Program-made: the position numbers and the translations under genes
Notes under the pieces: generated by a model
Told to the model about the DNA's origin: nothing
Databases searched by the model: none
Seen by the model: only the letters and a program-made list of their open reading frames with translations
Shown here: piece by piece, positions 7,697-16,382 of the stretch
How the letters are laid out: every line of letters begins with the position of its first letter
Numbering within the stretch: the first letter of the stretch is position 1
Assembly: GCA_046754105.1 (NCBI GenBank)
Contig: JBHHVD010000050.1
Location: 1-23,990, forward strand
DNA from: Candidatus Krumholzibacteriia bacterium
GTDB taxonomy: Bacteria; Krumholzibacteriota; Krumholzibacteriia; WVZY01
Length of the DNA stretch: 23,990 nt
Reading direction: 5' to 3'

Positions 7697-8650
7697 GTGG
7701 ACCGAGTGCTGGTAACCGGTTGCAGCGGCTTTGTGGGCCGGGTCCTGACCGCCAGGCTCGCCGAAAGAGGGTTCGAGGTCTGGGGGATCGACCGCGCGGG
7801 CGAGGGCGGCGGTGTCGCGGGCGAGCACTACATGCCGCTGGACCTGACCGATGGAAACGCGCTCGGAGGGTTTCTCGAACGGGCGAAGCCGAGGCACATC
7901 GTGCACCTGGCCGCCCAGTCGAGTGCGGGCCGCTCGTTCGATGCGCCCGAAGAGACGATACGGAACAACACGCTGCCCGTACTCCACATCCTCGAGTTCC
8001 TGCGGACCCAAAAAACCGGGACGCGTCTGCTCGCCGTGGGGTCGGCCGAAATCTACGGCCCCGTCACACCGGACGACCTGCCGCTGGCGGAAACCCGCGC
8101 GACAAACCCGGTAAGCCCCTACGCACTGAGCAAGCTCATCCAGGAGCAATGCTGCGGGCTCTACCATGCGCTCTACGAGGCGGACGTCGTATCGACCCGG
8201 AGCTTCAACCATACGGGCGCCGGGCAGAGTGACGCCTTTGTGCTGTCGAGTTTCGCCCGCCAGGTGGCAGAGATCCGGGCCGGCGAGCGCGAGCCGGTGG
8301 TCGAGGTCGGCAACGTCGACGTGCGGCGCGATTTCTCGGACGTGCGCGACGTGTGCGAGGCGTACGTGGCACTTTTGGACAGGGGCCGGGGCGGGGCCGT
8401 GTATAATGTATGCTCCGGTGCCTCGCACAGCCTGAGGGAGTTGCTGGAGAAGCTCGCATCCCTTGCCGGCGTGGATATCGAGATACGGGTCGAGCCCGGG
8501 CGCGTGCGCCCGGTCGATATCGAAGAGCTTCGCGGCGACCACCAGAAGATCACGGCGGATACGGGCTGGCGCCCGAGGACGCCCGTGGAAAATACGCTCT
8601 CATCCCTGCTCGAGTACTGGTCGCACACCGGCGGCCCGGCGGCGCAATGA
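7697..8650 (+). CDS. Second GDP-mannose dehydratase/Rmd-like extended SDR (paralogue)
   Basis: VLVTGCSGFVG, HLAAQSS, GSAEIYG, SPYALSK, RSFNHTG, GNVDVRRDFSDVRD, RPVDI. Confidence 0.88.
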   Translation: MDRVLVTGCSGFVGRVLTARLAERGFEVWGIDRAGEGGGVAGEHYMPLDLTDGNALGGFLERAKPRHIVHLAAQSSAGRSFDAPEETIRNNTLPVLHILEFLRTQKTGTRLLAVGSAEIYGPVTPDDLPLAETRATNPVSPYALSKLIQEQCCGLYHALYEADVVSTRSFNHTGAGQSDAFVLSSFARQVAEIRAGEREPVVEVGNVDVRRDFSDVRDVCEAYVALLDRGRGGAVYNVCSGASHSLRELLEKLASLAGVDIEIRVEPGRVRPVDIEELRGDHQKITADTGWRPRTPVENTLSSLLEYWSHTGGPAAQ

Positions 8651-8711
8651 GCCGGGGGCGCGGCGGTAATGACTCGCGGTGATGCGCGAACCCAACGGAG
8701 GTACCAGGTAG

Positions 8712-10025
8712 ATGCTGCGGATTTGCATGATAGGGACGGGCTATGTCGGCCTCGTGTCCGGCTCGTGCCTGGCGGATTTCGGTAACACGGTGCGCTGTGT
8801 GGACGTCGACGCCGGGCGCATCGACTTTCTGCGCGGCGGCGGCATGCCCATCTACGAGCCGGGCTTGCGGGAGATGGTGGAGCGCAACGCGGCCGGCGGC
8901 CGGCTGCATTTCACCACCGATATAAAGGAGGCGGTCGAGAACTCGGACGTCATCTTTATCGCCGTCGGCACACCGTCGGGCGCGGACGGCGCCACCGACC
9001 TCTCGTACGTACACAAAGCCTCGCAGGAAATCGCGCAACACCTCGACGGCTACAAGGTCATCGTACAGAAGAGCACCGTCCCGGTCGGCACCACGCGCGA
9101 GGTGGCGGCGATCCTGAAGAAGCACGCGCACAAGGACGCCGACTTCGATATCGTTTCCAACCCCGAGTTTTTGCGGGAAGGGTCGGCGGTGGCTGATTTC
9201 CTCAGGCCTAACCGCGTGGTGATCGGTGTCGAGTCGGACCGCGCGCGCGAAGTGATGAAAAAGGTCTACCGGCCGCTCTACCTGATCGAGACGCCGATCG
9301 TGCTCACCGGCCTCGAGACGGCCGAGCTGATCAAGTACGCGAGCAACGCCTACCTGGCGACGAAGATCTCGTTCATAAACGAGGTCGCCGCCATTTGCGA
9401 GCGTGTGGGCGCCAACGTGGACGACGTGGCCAAGGGCATGGGCCTCGACGGGCGTATCGGCTCGAAGTTCCTGCACGCCGGGATCGGTTTCGGCGGATCG
9501 TGCCTGCCCAAGGACGTCTCGTCGCTGCTTCACATGTCCGAGGAGAAGGGCTACGACCCGGCGATTATCCGCGCCGTCCTCGACCTGAACGCCACACTCG
9601 CCGGGCGCGCGCTGGACAAGCTCAAGGCGGAGCTATCATCGGTGGCGGGCAAGTCGATCGCCGTACTCGGGCTGTCGTTCAAGCCCAACACGGACGATCT
9701 GCGCGAAGCACCATCGGTCAAGATCATACGGCGCCTCGCGGCGGAGAAGGCCACGATCCGCGTCTTTGACCCGGTGGCGATGGAGCGCTTCAAGGAGAGC
9801 ACCGGTATCGAGGTGACGTACTGCAAGAGCGCCTACGATGCGGCGGAAGGTTGCGACGCACTGCTGTTGGTGACGGAATGGAACGAATTCAGGGAACTGG
9901 ACCTGGGCCGGCTGGCGAAGGTGATGCGGTCGCCCGTGTTCGTCGACTGCCGCAACGTTTACAAGCCGGAGCGCATGCGCGAGAGCGGTTTTCGGTACAG
10001 CTCGTTCGGACGCGGCACGTTATGA
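8712..10025 (+). CDS. ugd: UDP-glucose/GDP-mannose 6-dehydrogenase
   Basis: IGTGYVGL, IAVGTP, KSTVPVGT, SNPEFLREG, KYASNAYLATKISFINE, GFGGSCLPKD, FKPNTDDLRE. Confidence 0.95.
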   Translation: MLRICMIGTGYVGLVSGSCLADFGNTVRCVDVDAGRIDFLRGGGMPIYEPGLREMVERNAAGGRLHFTTDIKEAVENSDVIFIAVGTPSGADGATDLSYVHKASQEIAQHLDGYKVIVQKSTVPVGTTREVAAILKKHAHKDADFDIVSNPEFLREGSAVADFLRPNRVVIGVESDRAREVMKKVYRPLYLIETPIVLTGLETAELIKYASNAYLATKISFINEVAAICERVGANVDDVAKGMGLDGRIGSKFLHAGIGFGGSCLPKDVSSLLHMSEEKGYDPAIIRAVLDLNATLAGRALDKLKAELSSVAGKSIAVLGLSFKPNTDDLREAPSVKIIRRLAAEKATIRVFDPVAMERFKESTGIEVTYCKSAYDAAEGCDALLLVTEWNEFRELDLGRLAKVMRSPVFVDCRNVYKPERMRESGFRYSSFGRGTL

Positions 10026-10057
10026 GATGCGGCACGTTATGAAAGGAGAAAAGCGGT

Positions 10058-10513
10058 ATGATTGAGGGCGTCATCGTAAAGAAACTGAGAGTGATCCCGG
10101 ACGAGCGCGGCTACCTGATGGAAATGCTCCGCTCCGACGACGAGTTTTTCGAGAAATTCGGCCAGGTCTACCTGACCGCCGCCTATCCCGGCGTGGTCAA
10201 GGGCTGGCACTACCACAAGAAGCAGACCGACCGTTTCGTGGGTGTGGCGGGCATGATCAAGGTCGTGCTCTACGACGGGCGCGAGGGCTCGAAGACTCAC
10301 GGAGAGGTGAACGAGTTCTTTCTCGGCGAGCAGAACCCGATCCTGCTGGTCATTCCCCCCTATGTACTCCACGGCATGAAGGGGATCGGCACGCGCACGG
10401 GCCTGATCGTCAACAGTCCCACCGAGCTCTACGACTACGAGAACCCGGATGAGTTCCGGGTCGATCCGCACGACAACGACATTCCCTACGACTGGGCGCA
10501 AAAGGACGGTTAG
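10058..10513 (+). CDS. rfbC: dTDP-4-dehydrorhamnose 3,5-epimerase family cupin (short RmlC/SpsL-like)
   Basis: AAAGGAG RBS; DERGYLMEM, GVVKGWHYH, LLVIPPYVLHG, DPHDNDIPYDW. Confidence 0.85.
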   Translation: MIEGVIVKKLRVIPDERGYLMEMLRSDDEFFEKFGQVYLTAAYPGVVKGWHYHKKQTDRFVGVAGMIKVVLYDGREGSKTHGEVNEFFLGEQNPILLVIPPYVLHGMKGIGTRTGLIVNSPTELYDYENPDEFRVDPHDNDIPYDWAQKDG

Positions 10514-10524
10514 AGAGGAGAACG

Positions 10525-11565
10525 ATGGCGAATTTCTACGGCTCGATCCTGGTGACGGGCGGCGCGGGGTTTATCGGCGCCAATTTCGTGCACCGCATCC
10601 ACCGGCGTCACGCGAAGTGCCGTATTACGGTGCTCGATGCGCTGACCTATGCCGGCAACCTGGAAAACCTCAGCGGCCTGCTCGACGACGACCAGGTCAC
10701 GTTCGTCAAGGGCTCGATCGCCGACGCCGGCCTGGTGCGGGAGGCGATGCAGGGTGTGGAGGCCGTGTTCAATTTCGCGGCGGAGACCCACGTCGACCGC
10801 TCGATCCAGGGGGCGGGGAGTTTTATTCAAACCGACGTCTTCGGTACCTATACCCTGCTGCGGGCGGCGCACGAGCTGGGCGTGGGCAGGTTCGTCCAGA
10901 TCTCGACCGACGAGGTCTACGGCAGCTCGTCGGGTGAGCATTTCACTGAAACCTCGCCGCTCAAGCCGGGCAACCCGTACTCGGCCAGCAAGTGCGGCGG
11001 CGACCTGATGTGCCTGGCATTTCACAACACGTTCGAGGTACCGGTAGTGATCACGAGGAGCTCCAACAATTTCGGGCCCTACCAGCACGTGGAGAAGTTC
11101 ATTCCGCTTTTCATCACCAATACCATCGAGGGCAAGGAGCTGCCCCTCTACGGGGACGGCATGCACGAGCGCGACTGGATCTATGTCGAGGACAACTGCG
11201 CGGCGGTCGAGCTGGTGGGGACGGAGGGCGCGCCGGGCGAGATCTACAACATCGCCGTCGGCAAGAGCCAGCCCAACCTGCACGTGGCGCGCCGGATCCT
11301 CCAACAGCTCGGGGCGCCCGAATCCCGTATCGTCTTCATCGAAGACCGCCAGGGACACGACCGCGCCTATGCCATGGATGCCGCCAGGCTGGAGAAGCTG
11401 GGCTGGAAGCCCGAGTTCGACTTCGACACCGCGCTGGAGAAAACGGTGGCCTGGTACCGCGACAACGAGGCGTGGTGGCAAAACGTCAAGTCGGGCGATT
11501 TCCGCACGTACTACGAATCCCACTACAAGCACAAACTCGAGAAGGGCAAGGCGTATGGCAAATAA
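10525..11565 (+). CDS. rfbB: dTDP-glucose 4,6-dehydratase
   Basis: ILVTGGAGFIGANF, DALTYAGNLENL, FAAETHVDRSI, ISTDEVYG, NPYSASK, SNNFGPYQHVEKFIP, GHDRAYA. Confidence 0.95.
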   Translation: MANFYGSILVTGGAGFIGANFVHRIHRRHAKCRITVLDALTYAGNLENLSGLLDDDQVTFVKGSIADAGLVREAMQGVEAVFNFAAETHVDRSIQGAGSFIQTDVFGTYTLLRAAHELGVGRFVQISTDEVYGSSSGEHFTETSPLKPGNPYSASKCGGDLMCLAFHNTFEVPVVITRSSNNFGPYQHVEKFIPLFITNTIEGKELPLYGDGMHERDWIYVEDNCAAVELVGTEGAPGEIYNIAVGKSQPNLHVARRILQQLGAPESRIVFIEDRQGHDRAYAMDAARLEKLGWKPEFDFDTALEKTVAWYRDNEAWWQNVKSGDFRTYYESHYKHKLEKGKAYGK

Positions 11566-12646
11566 GGTCATGGCCGTCGTCGGCGCCAGGCCCAACTACA
11601 TGAAGGTGGCCCCCATCTGGCGCGAGCTGGACCGGCACCGGCACTTTTCCCGCAAGCTCGTTCACACCGGCCAGCACTACGACGAGAACATGTCCAAGGT
11701 GTTCTTCGACGACCTCGAGCTGCCGCGGCCCGACGTCTACCTCGGCGTGGGGTCGGGCCCGCACGGCGCACAAACCGCCAAAGTCATGAGCGAGATGGAA
11801 AAGGTGCTCGCGGCCGAGCGTCCCGAGGTCCTGATCGTTGTCGGCGACGTCAACTCGACCATGGCCGCCGCGCTGGTGGCGGTCAAGCTCGGCATCGCCG
11901 TCGCCCACGTCGAGGCGGGGCTGCGCAGCTTCGACCGCGCCATGCCCGAAGAGATCAACCGCATGGTGACCGACGTGGTGGCCACGCTCCTCTTCACCAC
12001 CGAGCCGAGCGCGGAGCAGAACCTCTTGCGCGAAGGGGTGGCGAAAGGGAAAATCCACTACGTCGGCAACGTCATGATCGACAGCCTGCTCCACTACCGG
12101 CCGCTCGCCGAGAAGTCGACCGTGCTCGAAGACCTCTCGCTCGCCGGCGCCGGTTACGGCCTGGTCACGCTGCACCGTCCCTCGAACGTCGATGACCCGG
12201 CCGTGCTGCGGGGCATTCTCGGTGCCCTCGCCACGCTCGGCGCCGAGTGCCCGCTGGTGTTTCCCGCCCATCCGCGGACGACTAAGATGATAAAGGAAAA
12301 TAAGATAGGAGTGCCCGCGGAATGCGTGCGCATAATAAATCCCGTCGGCTACCTCGATTTTGTTACACTCATGGCGCACGCGCGGCTCGTTCTCACCGAC
12401 TCTGGAGGTATCCAGGAAGAAACCACTGTACTCGACGTCCCCTGCTTGACGATCCGTGAAAACACGGAACGGCCCATCACCACCGAAATCGGCACCAACC
12501 GGCTGGTGGGCCGCGAGCCGGACCGCATCCTCGAAGAGGGCCGGAAGGTGCTCGCCGGGAGAACGTCCGGCGGCGAGATCCCCGAACTGTGGGATGGAAA
12601 GGCCGCGCAGCGGATCGTGCAGGTGATCGACGCGTACAGTCTATGA
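11555..12646 (+). CDS. wecB: UDP-N-acetylglucosamine 2-epimerase (non-hydrolysing), 363 aa
   Basis: VVGARPNYMK, HTGQHYD, VGDVNST, HVEAGLRS, MPEEINR, TLHRPSNVD, TDSGGIQEE, RENTERP; start overlaps rfbB end by 11 nt. Confidence 0.95.
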   Translation: MANKVMAVVGARPNYMKVAPIWRELDRHRHFSRKLVHTGQHYDENMSKVFFDDLELPRPDVYLGVGSGPHGAQTAKVMSEMEKVLAAERPEVLIVVGDVNSTMAAALVAVKLGIAVAHVEAGLRSFDRAMPEEINRMVTDVVATLLFTTEPSAEQNLLREGVAKGKIHYVGNVMIDSLLHYRPLAEKSTVLEDLSLAGAGYGLVTLHRPSNVDDPAVLRGILGALATLGAECPLVFPAHPRTTKMIKENKIGVPAECVRIINPVGYLDFVTLMAHARLVLTDSGGIQEETTVLDVPCLTIRENTERPITTEIGTNRLVGREPDRILEEGRKVLAGRTSGGEIPELWDGKAAQRIVQVIDAYSL

Positions 12647-14145
12647 ACCGGCACCACGAGACTTGGTCGTTCCAGGACAGGTCGCTCGAACGGAGCTTCC
12701 TGTGGAGCCTCGCCATCACGGCCCTGCCCGTCGTAGCGGGGTTTGTTGTTTCCTGGGTCATCGCGCGCTGGGCCGGCCCGCGCGTGATGGGGACGGTATC
12801 GTGGGTGATGTCGTTCGCCACCGCGGCCCTCATCGTCGGCAAGTTCGGGCTCGACCTGGCCGCCTCGCGCCTGGCCAGCGAGTTCGGGGTCGGCGCCGCC
12901 GGGCGCCTGCGCTCTCTCTTCACGACCGCCCTCGGGCTGCGTCTCGGTTTTACGCTATCGGTCGCAGCGCTCACCTGGCTTTTTTCACCGCGCATCGCGG
13001 GCTTCTTCAACGACCCGGGCCTTACCGCTCCCGTTCGCATCGGCGCCGTCGTCGTCGTCGGGGCGAGCCTCTACGAATTCAAGGAAAACTTCCTCGTCGG
13101 TCTCAACCGCCTGCAGACCGTCTACCGGATCCGCGGCCTGCACCTGCTGCTGCGGATTCTCGTGACCTGCGTGCTCGTGGGGCTGGGCCGGGAGGCGGTG
13201 GACGTCCTCGGCGGCTACTGCGTCGCGTGGGCGGTCGCCATCGCCGTCTACCTGGGCAAGCTGTTGCGGTATCTCCCCGCCGGCGACCGCGCCGCACCGG
13301 GCCTGGCGCGCCGGCTCCTGGTCTTGAGTGCGCCGCTCGCCATCAGCAGCGCCTCGGTGACGATCTATTCCCACATGGACCGGCTCATGCTCGGATACTT
13401 CTCCGGTGTCGAGGAGGTGGGGCAATACGCCGTGGCAAGAAACATCGCCGAAGTGTCGCTGTTTCCCGTCTTTGCCATGATCATGATGCTGCGGCCCGCG
13501 CTGGCCTCGCGTTTTTCGAGCGGTGAGGTGGGGGAGTGCGCCGCGATCATCCGCCGTTCGCTCCGTTTCTCCCTGGTCAGCGGCGTGCTCTTCGCGGCGA
13601 TTCTCGCAGCGGTCGGTTTGCCGCTGGTCGAACTCGTGTTTTCGGACGATTTCTCCTACGCCGGCGGCCTGATGATATTCTTTGGAGGCGTCATCGTGTT
13701 TCGTGCGGCGGGCGCGGTCATCCTTCCCGCCCTGGTCGCCGCCGAGCGCACGCGGGTGTACGCCTACCTGACCACCGCTTCGGCGGTGCTGAACTTCGTG
13801 CTCAATCTGATCCTCATCCCCCGCTACCAGGCACGGGGCGCGGTGATCGCCACCGTCATTTCCTACGGGGTGCTGCTCGTGGCTGGATTGCGCGAGGTGT
13901 TCGTCACCTACGGCGTTCGGCTCAGCGCGCGGGCTGTTGGGCTCGCAATTCGCACGATTCTTGCTGGATCGCTGGCGGCGGCGATCGTTTGGCCGCTTTC
14001 TGGCCGCACGGCGTTCGGATGGGCCGCCTTTTTGTGGGCGGGTGTTATCGCGCTTGCCTACCTGCTGCTGGTGCTCGCGTTTCGCATCGGGCGCCCGGAA
14101 GATGTGCGGTCGATGCTCACTAACCTAAAGAACTCAAGGGGATAA
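12643..14145 (+). CDS. Wzx-like polysaccharide flippase (MOP superfamily), 500 aa
   Basis: ATGA overlap with wecB; many hydrophobic segments; KFGL..A, DRLMLGYF..EEVGQYAVA, NFVLNLILIPRY.ARGAVIAT. Confidence 0.88.
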   Translation: MNRHHETWSFQDRSLERSFLWSLAITALPVVAGFVVSWVIARWAGPRVMGTVSWVMSFATAALIVGKFGLDLAASRLASEFGVGAAGRLRSLFTTALGLRLGFTLSVAALTWLFSPRIAGFFNDPGLTAPVRIGAVVVVGASLYEFKENFLVGLNRLQTVYRIRGLHLLLRILVTCVLVGLGREAVDVLGGYCVAWAVAIAVYLGKLLRYLPAGDRAAPGLARRLLVLSAPLAISSASVTIYSHMDRLMLGYFSGVEEVGQYAVARNIAEVSLFPVFAMIMMLRPALASRFSSGEVGECAAIIRRSLRFSLVSGVLFAAILAAVGLPLVELVFSDDFSYAGGLMIFFGGVIVFRAAGAVILPALVAAERTRVYAYLTTASAVLNFVLNLILIPRYQARGAVIATVISYGVLLVAGLREVFVTYGVRLSARAVGLAIRTILAGSLAAAIVWPLSGRTAFGWAAFLWAGVIALAYLLLVLAFRIGRPEDVRSMLTNLKNSRG

Positions 14146-14159
14146 CACGGCATTCGCGC

Positions 14160-14188
14160 TTGACACCGAATTCACGAGCCGATATCGT
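14160..14188 (+). promoter_or_regulatory. Putative sigma70 promoter for WecA-like gene
   Basis: TTGACA (14160-14165), 17 bp spacer, TATCGT (14183-14188). Confidence 0.7.
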
Positions 14189-14236
14189 GCTCGATAAGTG
14201 GGGCAAGGCGCGCGAGCCTTCCTGACAGGGGATAAC

Positions 14237-15313
14237 TTGGCTGGTCTCGAAATATTGGCAATATTCCTCACGGCGTTTGCCACGGTGGCTATTTCTACAC
14301 CACTGGTTCGCAAGTACGCGCTTCGATGGAAACTCGGCGACAAACCGAACGGGCGCAAGATCCACACGGACACCATTCCGCATGTCGGCGGGGTGGGCAT
14401 GGTTCTGGGGACGGCGCTGGCGCTCGGCCTGGGGTGGGTCTTATTCCCCGCGGGGACGACGGGACCGGCCGCGGTGCTGCTGCCCGTGGCCCTGATCGTC
14501 GCACTCGGCCTGGCCGATGACATCAAGAACCTCAAGGCCCGCCAGAAGTTATCCGTACAAATCCTCGCCGCCGTCGTCCTGGCCCTCCTCGGTGTGCGGC
14601 TCCACGTCGGTCTCGCCGTCGTCGACGGCAACTTGGTTCTTCTCACGTTTTTGAGCGCGTTCTACCTCGTCGGTATCTCGAGTTCCGTCAACCTGATCGA
14701 CGGCCACGACGGCCTCGCCGCCGGGACGTCCCTGATCTCGGCGCTTGCGTTCGCGGTACTGGCCACCATGGCCGGCGCGACCTGGCTGGCCGTGCTCTCG
14801 CTCGCCCTCGCCGGTGCGTGCCTGGGGTTTTTGATCTACAACTTTCCGCCGGGCCGGATCTTCATGGGGGACACCGGCAGCATGTTTCTCGGTATCACGC
14901 TCGGGATTGTCGCCTGTTATTTCACGTCGATGCAACCGAGTATCAATACGTTTGTTGCCGTTTGCTTTATCCTCTCGATCCCCATGATCGACTCGTGCCT
15001 TGCCATCGCGCGCCGCGTGGCCCTGCACCGGCCGGTGTTCCAGGCGGACTGCCTGCACGTCCACCACATGCTGTCGTCGTTTGGTTTCTCGACCCGGCAA
15101 ACGGTTTTCATTCTCTATTCCATGCAGGCGGTTATGGCACTTCTCGGGATCCTGGTCATGAAGGGGTTCGTGGTGCCGATGATACTGGGGATCGTCGTAC
15201 TGTCCATTCTCTTCTTCACCTTCCTGCGCGTGATGGTCGCCTCGGAGGTTCACGCGACCGAAACAATTTCCACAAAATTTTCCACCAACTCTTTTCCATC
15301 CCTCGAAAAATAG
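14237..15313 (+). CDS. Undecaprenyl-phosphate GlcNAc-1-phosphate transferase (WecA/TagO, MraY/Glycos_transf_4 family), ~358 aa
   Basis: Probable TTG start after AGGGGA; DKPNGRKIH..IPHVGG, LGLADD, VNLIDGHDGLA, FLIYNFPPGRIFMGDTGS, ADCLHVHH. Confidence 0.9.
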   Translation: MAGLEILAIFLTAFATVAISTPLVRKYALRWKLGDKPNGRKIHTDTIPHVGGVGMVLGTALALGLGWVLFPAGTTGPAAVLLPVALIVALGLADDIKNLKARQKLSVQILAAVVLALLGVRLHVGLAVVDGNLVLLTFLSAFYLVGISSSVNLIDGHDGLAAGTSLISALAFAVLATMAGATWLAVLSLALAGACLGFLIYNFPPGRIFMGDTGSMFLGITLGIVACYFTSMQPSINTFVAVCFILSIPMIDSCLAIARRVALHRPVFQADCLHVHHMLSSFGFSTRQTVFILYSMQAVMALLGILVMKGFVVPMILGIVVLSILFFTFLRVMVASEVHATETISTKFSTNSFPSLEK

Positions 15314-15348
15314 CGCCCGCGATTTCCGGGAGCACCCGGCGGAATCCG

Positions 15349-15378
15349 TTGACGATTGCGTGGCGAGTATGGTACGTT
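15349..15378 (+). promoter_or_regulatory. Putative promoter for hemC-like/serS unit
   Basis: TTGACG, 18 bp spacer, TACGTT preceded by TGG. Confidence 0.45.
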
Positions 15379-15433
15379 CTTGATTCACTTTTTCCGGCGC
15401 AAATAGTACGTCCTGTCCCTCGGGAGTTTGTCC

Positions 15434-16351
15434 GTGCCGACGATTACGCGGTGCCGCATCGCAAGTGACGTTGACTTCCTCTCAAAAGTTCAGCTCGAGG
15501 AAGTGTGCGGCGAGTTGAAAAAGCAATGTCCGAAGCTCGGCGTCGAAACAATCGTCGCCGGCGAAGAAACGTCGGACAACAATCGCGCGCCAAACTCGCC
15601 GATCCGCGTTGCGCGTCTCATGAACGATCTCCTGAACGAGACGTTCGACGGACTGGTCTTGAATGCGACGCATCTTCCCGCGCGGCTGCCCGACGGGCTC
15701 ACCATCGGTGCCATCACCAACCGCTTGATACCCTACGACGTCTTGATCTCTTCGCTGGACTGCCTGCTGGACGAGCTGTCGGAAGGCGCCTCGGTCGTCG
15801 CCAACGACGAACGCAGAGAAGCCCAGCTGCTCTACTACCGGCCGGACCTGAAGATGGTCCGCACCCGGGGCAGCGTGGATTCGGTCATCCAGAAGGTGAA
15901 GAGCGAGAAGGTGGACGCGGCGGTGCTGGCGGCCGGCGACGTCGAGAGGCTCCAGAAGCAGGACCACGTCGTGGAGTTCCTCACCTGCTCGATCTGCATC
16001 CCGGCCGCAGGCCAGGGCTCGCTGGCGATCCTGGTGCGCTCCAACGACGAGCCCGCCAGGCGCGCGATCCACTCCATCAACGACCCGGCATCGTACAGCG
16101 AGATCGTCGCCGAGTGGGCGTTTCTCGAATCACTGGGCATCGAGAGCCGGTCGCCGGTGGGCGTGCTCGGCAGCATCGAGGGAAGGACGCTCGAGCTCGA
16201 GGGGATGATCGCGCTGCCGGACGGCCGCGAGCGCATCCACGCGCTGACCAGGGGAACACTCGGGCACGAGGCGGAGTTGGGGGAAAAGCTCGCCACCGAG
16301 ATCCTCGAAGCCGGTGGGAAAGAACTTTTGCAGGAACTCGACCTCGTTTGA
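15434..16351 (+). CDS. Porphobilinogen deaminase (HemC)-fold protein, apparently catalytically inactive, ~305 aa
   Basis: Colinear with HemC along its length (LPDGL.IGA, RREAQL..RPDL, RG.V, PAAGQG.LA, LEG....PDG, ELGEKLA.E.L..GG.ELL) but the HSxKD and GGC motifs are replaced; GTG start after GGGAG. Confidence 0.8.
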   Translation: MPTITRCRIASDVDFLSKVQLEEVCGELKKQCPKLGVETIVAGEETSDNNRAPNSPIRVARLMNDLLNETFDGLVLNATHLPARLPDGLTIGAITNRLIPYDVLISSLDCLLDELSEGASVVANDERREAQLLYYRPDLKMVRTRGSVDSVIQKVKSEKVDAAVLAAGDVERLQKQDHVVEFLTCSICIPAAGQGSLAILVRSNDEPARRAIHSINDPASYSEIVAEWAFLESLGIESRSPVGVLGSIEGRTLELEGMIALPDGRERIHALTRGTLGHEAELGEKLATEILEAGGKELLQELDLV

Positions 16352-16382
16352 ATCGCTCATTCGATATTCCAGGAGATAAAAC

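Noticed and set aside
14137..14236. AGGGGATAAC repeated at 14137 and 14227
   Set aside because: One copy is the flippase stop region and the other the RBS of the next gene; two mismatches from a DnaA box; likely coincidental
15434..16351. Calling this gene a functional hemC
   Set aside because: The cofactor-binding Cys and catalytic Asp motifs are absent, so the symbol was withheld
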